Below, one piece after another: positions 1 to 9,754 of a DNA stretch of 64,000 bases. Position 1 is the first letter of the stretch. Each line of letters opens with the position of its first letter. The stretch is from Candidatus Eiseniibacteriota bacterium (GTDB lineage: Bacteria > Eisenbacteria > RBG-16-71-46 > CAVPCR01). The DNA lies in assembly GCA_963702435.1 (NCBI GenBank), contig CAVPCR010000003.1, positions 352,001 through 416,000 on the forward strand, given 5' to 3'. Both the position numbers and the translations under genes were made by a program. The notes under the pieces were generated by a model that did not search any database, was not told the origin of the DNA, and was given only the letters and a program-made list of their open reading frames with translations.

Positions 1-435
1 CGGGAAGCGACCGCCCGCCGCGGCCCGCGCCCGCGAGATCATCTCGGGCGTCATGTCCACCCCGATCACGCGCCCGCTGGGCCCGACCGCCCGCGCCGCG
101 AGGAAGCAGTCGACGCCGGCACCCGAGCCGAGATCGAGCACGCACTCCCCGGACGCGATCGAGCCGAGCGCCGTCGGATGCCCGCAACCGAGACCGAGGT
201 GCGATTCAGCCGGGATCGCCGCCAGGTCGGCCACCGAGTAACCGGCGGCATCCTCGGCGCAGCTCGCGTCGCCGCCGCAGCAGCTGCCCCCGCGCGCCGC
301 CTTCGCGTAGTGCGCCCGCACCTCGTGCTTGATCTCCTCCGGGCCGAGGGCGGTCGTTGCGGATCGCACTGCTGCCGCATCCGGTCGGGACGCCGCCCCG
401 CCGCAGCAACCTCCGGCGTTCTTGTTCGTGGTCAT
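1..435 (-). CDS. arsM: Arsenite S-adenosylmethyltransferase, 5' part (runs off the window start)
   Basis: Manual translation from ATG at 435 (ATGA overlap with the arsR stop): [13 protein letters not shown]...[55 protein letters not shown], which are ArsM hallmark motifs. Not in the ORF track because it is truncated. Confidence 0.9.
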   Translation of the reverse strand, partial: MTTNKNAGGCCGGAASRPDAAAVRSATTALGPEEIKHEVRAHYAKAARGGSCCGGDASCAEDAAGYSVADLAAIPAESHLGLGCGHPTALGSIASGECVLDLGSGAGVDCFLAARAVGPSGRVIGVDMTPEMISRARAAAGGRFP

Positions 436-817
436 GAGGTCTCTCCTTCCCCTCCGGTCCCCCGCACGAGATCCGCCCCGTCCGGCACCGCGGACAGGAA
501 GCGCACGATCCGGGCGAGGACGTCCTCGCGCGCCCGGCAGTAGATGAACTGCCCGCGCCGCTCGACGTCGATGAGACCGGCCGTTCTGAGTTCCTTGAGA
601 TGATGCGAAACGGTGGACGGCGCGATGTCGCACTCGCAGGCGAGGTCGCCGACGCAGGCTCCCGCCGGCGCCGCCTTCCCCCCGCGACCTGCGCCGCCGG
701 CTTCGCGCTCGATTCCGCCGGGTAGCAGCAGAAGCATTGCGCCCGGATGAGCGTGAAGAGCCGGAGCCGCTGCGGATGCGCAAGGGCCTTGAGTTGCTTC
801 GCCATCGCATCGATCAT
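432..817 (-). CDS. arsR: ArsR/SmtB-family metalloregulator, split by one frameshift in the linker (~660-720)
   Basis: N-terminus [25 protein letters not shown] is in ORF 206..817; [39 protein letters not shown] is in ORF 432..737. GGAGGAGG RBS upstream. One extra G in the G6 run (678-683) would restore the frame. Confidence 0.85.
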
Positions 818-858
818 CCCGTTTCGCCTCCTCCGGAGCGTTCGTCCGAGCTCTTCGG

Positions 859-888
859 TATTTCTAAGACTCTCGAACTATCGAAATA
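859..888. promoter_or_regulatory. Putative ArsR operator / divergent promoter region
   Basis: AT-rich inverted repeat TATTTC...GAAATA between the divergent arsR and MFS genes. Confidence 0.45.
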
Positions 889-905
889 GGTGCAAGTACT
901 TTCCG

Positions 906-2207
906 ATGACCTCCACCGAGCCCTCCCCGGCGATCGCCCCGGAGCCCCCACCTGGTCCCAGGATCATCACCTATCTTCTGCGACCACTATCATTTAGCCG
1001 CAACGCCCAGCTCTACCTCGCCGGTTCCCTCCTGATGGGCCTGGGTCATGGAGCGGTCTGGGTCCACCTGAACCTCTACTACCGAGCCCTCGGGCTCGGC
1101 GAGGCGACCATCGGCCGGATCCTCGCCGCGGGTGCGCTCGGGACCGTCGTCGTCGCCCTTCCCGCCGCTTTCTTCGCGGACCGGCTGCCCCCCGGGCGCG
1201 TCTTCATGGTGGCAGCCGTTGGCTTCAGCCTCGCCCTCGGCGCCCAGCTCGCCTTCGGCGACCCGCTCTTCCTCGCCCTCGCCGCCGCCTTCACCCAGGC
1301 GCTCTTCACCGTGCACTGGGTGGCGGCGGCACCCTTCTTCGCGCGAAACTCGACCGAGCGCGATCGGCTCGAGCTCTTCAGCTTCGCCATGGCGCTCGAG
1401 ACCCTGGCCACCGTCGCGAGCTCGTACGGAGTCGGCCTCCTGGCCCAGTCCCTCACGCGGGCCGCAGGCTCCGAGCTCACCGGCATCCGTTTCGCCCTCC
1501 TCGCCGCCGCCGCCGCCGCGCTCCTCGCCGTGATCCCCTTCGCGAAGATCCGGAGCGCGCCCGCCGGCGGCCGGGCCCCGCGCGCCATCCGCGACTACCT
1601 GACGGCGAGTGACTGGCCGCTCCTCGCGCGGCTCACCGTGCCGTCGGCGCTCATCGGGGCCGGCGCCGGGCTCATCATCCCGTTCCTGAACCTCTACTTT
1701 CGCGATCGCTTTCACCAGCCGCCGGGTGCGATCGGCGCCTTCTTCGCGGTGTCCCAGCTCCTCACCATGTTCGGCTACCTGGCCGGTCCGCCGCTTGCCC
1801 GCCGCGTGGGCCTCGTCCGCACGGTCGTCGGGACCGAGCTCGGCTCGATTCCCTTCTTCTTCCTCCTCGCGGTGGCCCAGGACCTGCGCCTCGCGGTCTT
1901 CGCCTTCTGGATGCGCGCCGCGCTCATGAACATGAATCACCCGGTGGCGACGAGCTTCACCATGTCGGTGGTCAGCGAGAAGGACCTCGCGGTCACCAAC
2001 TCGGTGCGCATGTTCACCTGGAACATCGCCTGGATGGTGAGCACGCAGGTGGGCGGGATCCTGATCGAGCGCCACGGTTACGCGGTGCCGATGATCATCA
2101 CGATGACCTTCTATGCGATCGCGGCCGCGTTCTTCTACGGGTTCTTTCACCGGATGCACCCGCCACCCGCTCGCGTCCCGATCGAGGGGGAGCCGCCCCA
2201 GGGCTGA
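906..2207 (+). CDS. MFS transporter
   Basis: About 12 hydrophobic segments, motif-A-like 'FFADRLPPGRV', two-fold internal symmetry. Start chosen at ATG 906. Confidence 0.85.
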   Translation: MTSTEPSPAIAPEPPPGPRIITYLLRPLSFSRNAQLYLAGSLLMGLGHGAVWVHLNLYYRALGLGEATIGRILAAGALGTVVVALPAAFFADRLPPGRVFMVAAVGFSLALGAQLAFGDPLFLALAAAFTQALFTVHWVAAAPFFARNSTERDRLELFSFAMALETLATVASSYGVGLLAQSLTRAAGSELTGIRFALLAAAAAALLAVIPFAKIRSAPAGGRAPRAIRDYLTASDWPLLARLTVPSALIGAGAGLIIPFLNLYFRDRFHQPPGAIGAFFAVSQLLTMFGYLAGPPLARRVGLVRTVVGTELGSIPFFFLLAVAQDLRLAVFAFWMRAALMNMNHPVATSFTMSVVSEKDLAVTNSVRMFTWNIAWMVSTQVGGILIERHGYAVPMIITMTFYAIAAAFFYGFFHRMHPPPARVPIEGEPPQG

Positions 2208-2216
2208 GGCGCGCCG

Positions 2217-4439
2217 TCAGGGGACGACGGCGATCTTGGCCGTGACCTCGCTCCCGGCCGCGCCGAGCCTGAGGAAGTAGATGCCGGCGGCGACCCGCAC
2301 GCCGCGCTCGTCGCGCCCGTCCCAGTCAAGATCGTGGCGGCCCACGGCGCGCGGAGCGCCGCCGAGGCGCCGCACGGAGCGCCCGTCGGCATCGTACACC
2401 GCGCCTTCCAGCGCCCCGCCGCGCGCGAGGTTCACCGTGATGCGCGCGGCGCCGCGGGTCGGGTTGGGCTGGATGCGAAGGACGACGGGCGCAGCAACCG
2501 CCGCCTCCTCCTCCGCGATCCCGACCGGCGGCAGGCGCCGGTAGTAGTTGAGCCCCCCGCACATCTCGCCGACGAAGAGATCCAGTCGCCCGTCCCCGGT
2601 GATGTCTCCCATCGCCGCCACGCTTTCGTTCCCGACCTGGGCGGCGGCGAAGGCTTCCGATTCGAGCACGAAGTTGAACGCCTGCGGCGTGCCCGTGTTC
2701 CGGTAGAAGTTCAAGTTCCCGGCACGCTCGCCGAGGAGGAGATCGAGGTCCCCGTCGGCATCGAGGTCGCGGAGCATGGGTGCGAGGTCCCCGTCGTAGA
2801 CGCGCTGGGCGAAGACGAAGGTGCTCGGCGTGTTGTCGCTCACCGTCACCCACACCGGGCTCTGCGTGGTCCCGGTGTTGCGCACGTAGAAGAGCCGGGG
2901 ATTCCCCGTCACCCCGAACTCGCCGACCAGGAGATCGAGGTCACCGTCGGCATCCAGGTCGCCGAGGGCCGGCGCGGCGTTGAAATCGCCCTGCACATTC
3001 CCGAACTGCGCGCTCGCGAGTGCGAGCGAACGATTCTGCGGAGTGCCGTTGTTGCGGTAGAAGCGCACGCGGGCCGGGCTGCCGGCGCCGACGAAGAGGT
3101 CGAGGTCGCCGTCGCCCTCGTGGTCGATCCAGACCGGAGCCGCCGCGGTTCCAACATCGATCGGGAGATCGCTCGAGTCGGTGAGCGGGAGCTGCTCGAT
3201 GAAGCTCGGCGCCACCGCCGTCCCCGCGTTGAAGAACGGGATGATCGTGCCGTCGTCGGCGCCGACGAAGAGATCCAGGTCGCCGTCGGCGTCGATATTG
3301 CCGAGAGCGGGATGCGAGCTGCGGCCGATGTCGATCGCCTTGATCAGGTTCCGGTCCACCGTCACGTAGCTCGGTACTTGCGGCGAACCCGTGTTGCGGA
3401 AGTAGATCAGGTTGTCGATCGCGGCGCCCTGGTTGGTCACGCCGACCAGGAGATCGAGGTCCCCGTCGTCGTCCAGGTCTCCCGTGCGCGCCTGGTTGAG
3501 GCCGAGCGTGTTGATCGGCAGGAAGTCGTGCGTGACACGCTGGAAGCACGCGGTGGGGGGCGTGCAGGCCGGGACGCAGGCGCCGGGCGCATTCCGGAAG
3601 TGCCAGAGGTTCGTGTTGTTGAGGTCCCCGATCAGGATGTCCGCGTCGAGATCGGCATCCAGGTCGGCGGTCGTGATGACCGAGATCCCGTGCTGCGGGT
3701 CGGCCGGCCCGTCCGGGCCCGCCACGGCCCCGCCGCCCGGCGCCCCGCTCTCGCCGCCCGGCGCCCCGCTCCCACCGCCCCGGGCGACACCCGGATCGTA
3801 GGTGTCGATGCAACCGAAGACATCGGTCACGAACACCATGGTCGCCGCCTGCGGCGTGCCGGCGTTCCGGAAGTAGCGGGCGGTGCCGAAGCTCTGCTCC
3901 ATCTCGAGGTAGTCGAGATCGCCGTCCGTGTCGAGATCCACGAAAGCCGGCGTGTTTCCGAAGCCGGAGTTTGCGATGCCCTGCCAGCCGCTCGTGACGA
4001 GCTGCCAGCTCGGCTGGTTGACGGTCCCCACGTTCCGGTGGAAGACGACCGAGCCGATTCCGTCGGTGAAGAGATCGAGATCGCCGTCGGCATCGATGTC
4101 GGCGAGCGTCGCCCAGGTGTTGGCGTCGATTCCCTGCAGGCGATCGGTCACGAAGCGGAAGAGGAAGGACTGGGGCGTCCCGTCGTTCCGGTAGCGGGTG
4201 ATGCCGCCGTCGGGCTGGGTGAGGAGCAGATCCAGGTCGCCGTCGGCGTCGAGATCGGCGAGCTCGGGCTTCGGGCTGTCGAGCCCGCCGGTGAACGGCT
4301 CGGCGATCGGCCCGCCCGCATTCACGGGAATGCCGCTCACCTGGCGCAGGAACGAGAAGTCCGCCCCGGCCGGGGCGGCCATGGCGATCGCGATGAGCGA
4401 TCCGATCGCGAGGGAGGAAAGAGGGCGCCCGTTCATCAT
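2217..4439 (-). CDS. Secreted FG-GAP/VCBS repeat protein with C-terminal FlgD-Ig-like domain
   Basis: Signal peptide; about 11 'D(L/I)DADGDLDLL(V)G' repeats with YRNxGT; C-terminal 'PNPTRG...YDADGRSVRRL...WDGRDERGVRVAAGIYFLRL'. Confidence 0.85.
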   Translation of the reverse strand: MMNGRPLSSLAIGSLIAIAMAAPAGADFSFLRQVSGIPVNAGGPIAEPFTGGLDSPKPELADLDADGDLDLLLTQPDGGITRYRNDGTPQSFLFRFVTDRLQGIDANTWATLADIDADGDLDLFTDGIGSVVFHRNVGTVNQPSWQLVTSGWQGIANSGFGNTPAFVDLDTDGDLDYLEMEQSFGTARYFRNAGTPQAATMVFVTDVFGCIDTYDPGVARGGGSGAPGGESGAPGGGAVAGPDGPADPQHGISVITTADLDADLDADILIGDLNNTNLWHFRNAPGACVPACTPPTACFQRVTHDFLPINTLGLNQARTGDLDDDGDLDLLVGVTNQGAAIDNLIYFRNTGSPQVPSYVTVDRNLIKAIDIGRSSHPALGNIDADGDLDLFVGADDGTIIPFFNAGTAVAPSFIEQLPLTDSSDLPIDVGTAAAPVWIDHEGDGDLDLFVGAGSPARVRFYRNNGTPQNRSLALASAQFGNVQGDFNAAPALGDLDADGDLDLLVGEFGVTGNPRLFYVRNTGTTQSPVWVTVSDNTPSTFVFAQRVYDGDLAPMLRDLDADGDLDLLLGERAGNLNFYRNTGTPQAFNFVLESEAFAAAQVGNESVAAMGDITGDGRLDLFVGEMCGGLNYYRRLPPVGIAEEEAAVAAPVVLRIQPNPTRGAARITVNLARGGALEGAVYDADGRSVRRLGGAPRAVGRHDLDWDGRDERGVRVAAGIYFLRLGAAGSEVTAKIAVVP
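3731..3772. repeat. 21-bp tandem duplication encoding a GAPGG(E/G) loop
   Basis: cgccgcccggcgccccgctc occurs twice in tandem inside the FG-GAP gene. Confidence 0.7.
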
Positions 4440-4716
4440 GCCAATCACTCGGGGGGTCGGGGGGATGGAGCGGCCTCTGGAAACGCCGGGGGGGAGAGCT
4501 CATCGCCGCTCGTCCCGCCCATTATAGCCCGCATGGCCTCTTCCTGCCGAGCCGGGCCCTGTCCTTCCCTACTCCCTCGGCAGGGCATTTTGCACGGCCG
4601 GGACCGGCGGCGTGCCCGGCCGCGGCGGCTCGGGGATCACCGCCCGCCCGCCCGCGGGACGGCGGAACATCGCGCCCGGTCATCGATTGCTACGAATGCG
4701 CGGCGACCCGGCGAGC

Positions 4717-4732
4717 TGGCACTCCGCGTGCA
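4717..4732 (+). promoter_or_regulatory. Sigma54-type (-24/-12) promoter
   Basis: TGGCACT-CCGC-GTGCA: GG at 4718-19 and GC at 4730-31 with exact N10 spacing; predicted TSS ~4743, immediately before the 6S-like RNA. Confidence 0.6.
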
Positions 4733-4744
4733 AACCTTCCCTCC

Positions 4745-4925
4745 GGTTCCTGGACTGCGCGTCTCGATCCTCGGGGATTCAGCGCAGGCGCTCGTGTCGG
4801 GAGTCGACGAGGGGATCCCAAGGGCGGTCGCCTGAAAAGCGACTACCGAACGGACCCGGGATCGGCACCCACCTTCCGTACGGATGCGCCTGGATCGCCG
4901 GGGCGGACGGCCGTCGCGGGGACCC
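4745..4925 (+). ncRNA. ssrS: 6S RNA (SsrS)-like
   Basis: About 180-nt rod: 4745-63 pairs with 4906-25, 4769-86 with 4885-4903, and GGGAGTCGA (4799) with TCGGCACCC (4862-70). Central bubble with a 3' mini-hairpin (tccgtacgga), conserved-looking CGGCACCCACCT, followed by TTTTCTTT. Confidence 0.75.
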
Positions 4926-4991
4926 TTTTCTTTGCCTGCCGCGCCCCCTTCCCCCACCGTGCCGTACCCCGCGCACCCGACGCCCCCGCTC

Positions 4992-5366
4992 TCAGACGCG
5001 GATGGCATCCACCACGTGAGTGAGGACGAGTCCGGCGTCGGGTTCGTAGTCGATCGCGATCACATCGAACCTGAGCGCACCGCCCCCGCGCGCGCGATGC
5101 GCCCGCGCGATCTCCCCGGCCGCCGACCATACCCGCCGCTGCTTCACGCGCCCGACCGTCTCGACGGCCGTCCCGTAGCGACCGCGCCGCCGGAGCCGCA
5201 CCTCGACCACGCAGGTCAGATCGCCGCGGGTGACCACGAGATCGATCTCGCGGCGGCCGTGCCGCACGTTCCGCGCCGCGACGACGTAGCCTTGGAGCTC
5301 GAGATACGCGGCGGCAATCGCCTCGCCGAGCCGACCCACGTCCGTGGTCGATCGTTCTCCGAACAT
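4992..5366 (-). CDS. yraN: YraN family (UPF0102) nuclease-like protein
   Basis: GRLGEAIAAAYLELQGY..ARNVR..REIDLV..VEVR..RFDVIAI; usual position downstream of rnhB. Confidence 0.9.
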   Translation of the reverse strand: MFGERSTTDVGRLGEAIAAAYLELQGYVVAARNVRHGRREIDLVVTRGDLTCVVEVRLRRRGRYGTAVETVGRVKQRRVWSAAGEIARAHRARGGGALRFDVIAIDYEPDAGLVLTHVVDAIRV

Positions 5367-5485
5367 GCACCTCTCCGCGGCGGGGAGCCGGCGCCGGCGC
5401 GCCGGAGGCGGGTATGCGCACGAAAGGACGAGCTGGGATCGCCTGGTCCGGTGAAGCGGGCCGCCCGTTGACTTGCGACGGGCTG

Positions 5486-7339
5486 CTAGCGAGTTCCCGG
5501 AGGCGGGGGGAGCTGGAGGCGGAACGATGCGGCTCGCACCGAGCGCGGAGTGACACCGGGAGGACTCGCGCCGAAGCGCATCGGGAGGCGTCTTCCACCC
5601 CCCGATCCGAGCTCGAGCTCGAGCGCCGCCTCGCTGCCGCGTCGCGGCTCGGCCACCGCCACCTCGATACCATAGTCTCCCGCACCGCAGTCCGGAGGCA
5701 ACTGGAACATGAGGATGTCGTGGAACCGGCGCCCCCCGAGCGCCGTGAGATCGAGGAGGCCGTGCCCGAGCCAGTGCGTGAGGTCGAGGCGCACCCGACC
5801 GCTCGCGTCCACGATGGACATCGCCGTGCGGAGCTCGGTGGCCGCCCGGCCTGCGGGTCCGGGCGGCAGCGCGCCACTCGGCCACGTCGACTGCCACTGG
5901 AGACGCACGGTCACGAGGCCGCCCGGACGGCGGCCCGGCGGCAAGATCACATCCACCTGCTCGAGCACGAGCGCATCGCCGAAGGCGGCCAGGCGACTGC
6001 TCGCCGCCGGCGCCGCCGGACTCAGGATCTGCTCGACACCGGCGGCGTGCTTCGGCAGCACCATGGCGTAGCGGGAACGCCGCAGGAGCACCACGTTCCC
6101 GGCGCGCACGGCGCCGTCGAGCGCGCCGCGCCGCTGGACATCGAGCGGGCGATCCGGATAGGGCCCGCTCGCGAGCACGGCCCACGGCCTCCGGCGGAAG
6201 TCGGTGGCGAGATCGTAGAGCGCGACCTGGTCGCGATCGGCGGCGAGCGCGAGCGGGCCGACGAGCGCCTGCCCGAGATCGGCCACCAGGCGCGGGACCC
6301 GCTCCGCATCGCGCCAGGACGGGGCGGCGACGTGGCGCACGGCGAGCGCCAGGTTGCCGGCGAGGAGCGCGATCCCGAGCGCGGCGCCCACCGGCCCGAG
6401 GGCCACGCGCGTCACGCGGGAGGCGGCGCGCCGGAGCGAGCCGACGCCGCTCCCCGCGAGGACAGCGAGCCACGGCGCCAGAAGCACCGCTGCCTCTTCC
6501 CAGCCCGTCCGCGGCGCCACGAGGAAGGCGGTCGCCACGAACGTCGCCGCCACGCCGAGCACGTAGCGGCGGTGCGGGCCGCCACGCTCGACCCCGACCG
6601 CAGCACCGATCGCTGCGACGACGAGGACTCCGCCGCATCCGACGAGGAGCGCGAGCCCCTGGTCTGCGAGCACGCGCTCCACGCCGAGATCGCCGCCCGG
6701 CGCGAACCCCGGGCGGAGCACCGCGGCGTAGAGGATCCACGGCACGAGCGCCGGGAGACCGCTCCGCAGGTCGCCGCGCACGCGGGGCGCCGCGAGGAGC
6801 ATCGGAAGCGCGACGACGCTCCGGGCCGACACGAAGAGCAGCCCACCGAACACGACCAGCCCGGTCGGGAGGCGTCCGGTCCAGGCCAGGGCTGCCGCGC
6901 TCGCCGCGATCGCGATCTCGACCGCCGCGGCATCGGCCGACGGCATGCGCACGAGGACCGGGCCCAGGGCGAGGAGCGCCAGCGCCGCGGCCAGCGGCTC
7001 GAGCAGGCGATCGACGGGCGCGCCGCCGCGCGCGCGCGCGCTCCGGAAGCGAGCCACGGCGAGCGTGGCGAGGATTCCGGCCGCGAGTCCGAGGAGATTC
7101 AGATCCCGGCTCGTTCCGCCCGGCAGGATGGCATCGGCGCCCATGCCGAGGATCAGGTAGCCGGCCCGTCCGGGCTCCGCGAAGGGCCGCCCGTCACGCA
7201 CCGCCGCCACCGCATTGACGCCGGCCGCGCGCCACTGCGTGGCCGACCACCAGGGCGCGAGCACGAGCCCGGCGAGGAGCGTGACAAGGACGGCCAGGAG
7301 GCGCGGCCGGACGCCGGGAGTGCGCGTGCTCACAGACAT
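5486..7339 (-). CDS. Polytopic membrane protein with extracytoplasmic C-terminal domain (possibly GT-C glycosyltransferase-like)
   Basis: About 10 hydrophobic helices followed by a soluble domain ('VTVRLQWQ...D...LPPDCGAGDYGIEVAV'); overlaps the rnhB stop. Confidence 0.55.
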   Translation of the reverse strand: MSVSTRTPGVRPRLLAVLVTLLAGLVLAPWWSATQWRAAGVNAVAAVRDGRPFAEPGRAGYLILGMGADAILPGGTSRDLNLLGLAAGILATLAVARFRSARARGGAPVDRLLEPLAAALALLALGPVLVRMPSADAAAVEIAIAASAAALAWTGRLPTGLVVFGGLLFVSARSVVALPMLLAAPRVRGDLRSGLPALVPWILYAAVLRPGFAPGGDLGVERVLADQGLALLVGCGGVLVVAAIGAAVGVERGGPHRRYVLGVAATFVATAFLVAPRTGWEEAAVLLAPWLAVLAGSGVGSLRRAASRVTRVALGPVGAALGIALLAGNLALAVRHVAAPSWRDAERVPRLVADLGQALVGPLALAADRDQVALYDLATDFRRRPWAVLASGPYPDRPLDVQRRGALDGAVRAGNVVLLRRSRYAMVLPKHAAGVEQILSPAAPAASSRLAAFGDALVLEQVDVILPPGRRPGGLVTVRLQWQSTWPSGALPPGPAGRAATELRTAMSIVDASGRVRLDLTHWLGHGLLDLTALGGRRFHDILMFQLPPDCGAGDYGIEVAVAEPRRGSEAALELELGSGGGRRLPMRFGASPPGVTPRSVRAASFRLQLPPPPGTR

Positions 7340-7974
7340 GCGAGCTGCGCGGCGAGCGCCGCCGGCGCGAAGCTCCGGCGGTGGATCGGGCAGGGACCGA
7401 GCCGCTTCAGCGCGGCCAGGTGCTCGGCGGTGCCGTAACCCCGGTGGCGGTCGAAGCCATACTCGGGGTAGAGGCGATGGTACTCGTCCATGAGCGCGTC
7501 CCGGTGCACCTTGGCGAGGATCGAGGCGGCCGCGATCGAGAGGCTCTTCCGATCGCCTCCGATCACCGGCTCCTGCGCGAGCAGGAGGTCCGGGATCGCG
7601 AAGCCGTCGACGAGGACAAGATCGGGAACGACCGCGAGCGTGGCGAGCGCGGTGCGCATGGCCACGAAGGTCGCTTCCCGGATGTTGATGCGGTCGATCG
7701 CCGCAACGTCCACCTCCGCGACGGCGTGGCTCCGGGCGGCGGCGCGGATGAGCGCCGCGAGGCCGCTCCGCGCCGCGCGCGCCACGCGCTTCGAATCGTC
7801 CACGCCGGGCAACCGGGCGCCGGGGGCGAGGACGACCGCCGCCGCCACCACCGGCCCGGCCAGTGGCCCGCGCCCCGCCTCATCGACGCCGCAGAGGAGC
7901 GCTGCCGCACGCTGCGCGTCGAAGCGCCGGAGCGCAAGCCAGCGCCGCGCCCCCCGCCGACCGGTCTCGGTCAG
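7330..7974 (-). CDS. rnhB: Ribonuclease HII
   Basis: [49 protein letters not shown]. The frame extends upstream of the ORF-track start; start uncertain (possibly CTG at 7974). Confidence 0.95.
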   Translation of the reverse strand: MTETGRRGARRWLALRRFDAQRAAALLCGVDEAGRGPLAGPVVAAAVVLAPGARLPGVDDSKRVARAARSGLAALIRAAARSHAVAEVDVAAIDRINIREATFVAMRTALATLAVVPDLVLVDGFAIPDLLLAQEPVIGGDRKSLSIAAASILAKVHRDALMDEYHRLYPEYGFDRHRGYGTAEHLAALKRLGPCPIHRRSFAPAALAAQLACL

Positions 7975-8321
7975 CGCGTCTCCTTGAGCTCGGCCACGCG
8001 CGCGGCCTTCCCCTTCTTGCCGCGCAGGTAGAAGAGCTTCGCGCGCCGCACGCGGCCGGGGCGCACCACCTCGACCGTCGTGATGTTCTGCGAGTGGAGC
8101 GGGAAGATGCGCTCGACACCGACGCCCGCCGTCACCTTGCGCACGATGAAGGTGGCCTTGATGCCGGCGCCCCGCCGCGCGATGACCATGCCCTGGAAGA
8201 TCTGCACGCGCTCCTTCTCGCCCTCGACGACCTTGTAGTGCACCTTGACCAGGTCGCCGACCGCGAACTGCGGCAGCTCCGCCCTCCCGTATTTCGACTC
8301 GACCAGACGAATGGGGTCCAT
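7971..8321 (-). CDS. rplS: 50S ribosomal protein L19
   Basis: [57 protein letters not shown]. Confidence 0.97.
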   Translation of the reverse strand: MDPIRLVESKYGRAELPQFAVGDLVKVHYKVVEGEKERVQIFQGMVIARRGAGIKATFIVRKVTAGVGVERIFPLHSQNITTVEVVRPGRVRRAKLFYLRGKKGKAARVAELKETR

Positions 8322-8331
8322 CTGCACCTCC

Positions 8332-9132
8332 TTACCGCTTGGGATCCTCTGGATCCGGTTCCTCGTTCTCTCTCCAGTCGCTGGCCGGCCCGCGCTCCAG
8401 AGCGCGCCGCCGGCGCCTTCCCCCGGCCGCGCTGGCGGCCGCAAGCTCATCGTGCGCGGCGAGGAGGTCGGGCCGCCGCTCGCGCGTCCGTTCGCGCGCC
8501 ACCGCCTCCCGCCACTCGCGGATGCGGGCGTGATTCCCGGAGAGCAGCACCTCCGGCACGCGCAGGCCGTCGAACTCCTCGGGCCGCGTGTAGAGCGGTC
8601 CCTCGAGGAGCCCGCTCGTGAAGGAGTCCGATTCGGCCGACTCCTGATTGCCGAGCACCCCCGCCTTGAGGCGGGTCATGCACTCGACGAGGACGAGCGC
8701 AGCCAGCTCGCCACCCGACAGCACGTAGTCGCCGATCGATACCTCATCGGTGACATAGCGCTCGATGATCCGCTCGTCCACCCCCTTGTACCGCCCGCAG
8801 ATCAGGATCAGCCGCGGCGCGGCCGCGAACTCGGTCACCGCCCGCTGGGTGAGGAGCCGCCCCTGGGCGCTCATCAGAATCACGCGGGCGCCGCCGCCGA
8901 GCGCGGCCTGCGCCTGCTCGATCGCCCCCTTGAGCGGCAGCGGCGTCATCACCATCCCCGGCCCGCCGCCGTAGGGGTAGTCATCCACCGACCGGTAACG
9001 GTCGGTCGTGAAGTCCCGGATGTCGATCACCGCCGGCTCGAGCTGCCCCTGCGCGCATGCGATCCGCACCATGCCGTGCTCGAAGAACGGCCGCACGAGC
9101 TCGGGGAAGATGGTGAGGACCGCGAGCTTCAT
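8332..9132 (-). CDS. trmD: tRNA (guanine37-N1)-methyltransferase
   Basis: [45 protein letters not shown]. Confidence 0.97.
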   Translation of the reverse strand: MKLAVLTIFPELVRPFFEHGMVRIACAQGQLEPAVIDIRDFTTDRYRSVDDYPYGGGPGMVMTPLPLKGAIEQAQAALGGGARVILMSAQGRLLTQRAVTEFAAAPRLILICGRYKGVDERIIERYVTDEVSIGDYVLSGGELAALVLVECMTRLKAGVLGNQESAESDSFTSGLLEGPLYTRPEEFDGLRVPEVLLSGNHARIREWREAVARERTRERRPDLLAAHDELAAASAAGGRRRRRALERGPASDWRENEEPDPEDPKR

Positions 9133-9734
9133 GGCGCTCGCTCCGGCGGCGCGCCCCCGGTGTCGCCCTCCCCACCCGGAGCGTCCGGCTCGACCTCCTG
9201 GGCCTCGAACAATCCCGCGACCGGCCGCACCACCATGCGGCCCGCGGCCACGTCCACCTCGGCGATCACCGCGCGCGTGGCCGGGATCAGCACCTCGCCG
9301 CCCGGCCCGCGCACGACGTACACGTCATTGGCGCCGGTCTCGAGGATCGACTCGAGCGTGCCCACCGCAACGCCGTCCGTGCGCACGACGCGGAGTCCGA
9401 TCAGCTCGAAGTGATAGCTCTCGTCGGCCCCCGCCGGCGGCACCTCGGTGCGGCTCACCGCGAGCAGCCGGCCGACCAGACGCTCCTTGGCCACCTGCCG
9501 GTCGTCGATCCCGCTGAAGAGCACGATGAACTCGTCTTGCAGCCGGCGCACCGACTCGATGGCGAGGAACTCGGCAGCGCCGCCGCCCCGCTCGATCACA
9601 AACGCCCCGGCGAGATCGTCGAACCGAGCGGTCACATCGCTGAGCGGCCGCACCAGGACCTCGCCCTGGATACCGCGCACCTTGACGATCTCGCCCACGA
9701 CGACGTGGTCTTCGCCACCCGCCATCTGAGTCAT
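9129..9734 (-). CDS. rimM: 16S rRNA processing protein RimM
   Basis: [30 protein letters not shown]; conserved operon position. Confidence 0.95.
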   Translation of the reverse strand: MTQMAGGEDHVVVGEIVKVRGIQGEVLVRPLSDVTARFDDLAGAFVIERGGGAAEFLAIESVRRLQDEFIVLFSGIDDRQVAKERLVGRLLAVSRTEVPPAGADESYHFELIGLRVVRTDGVAVGTLESILETGANDVYVVRGPGGEVLIPATRAVIAEVDVAAGRMVVRPVAGLFEAQEVEPDAPGGEGDTGGAPPERAP

Positions 9735-9754
9735 GTCGCGTCGCCTGCCGAGCC

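Noticed and set aside
2334..4835. Very long antisense or alternate-frame ORFs (also 20061..23000, 27930..30317, 36060..38765, 56129..59260, and the 5' parts of 34093..37104 and 51424..54093)
   Set aside because: Shadow ORFs expected from strong GC3 bias opposite or overlapping well-supported genes; Arg/Ala/Pro-rich with no motifs.
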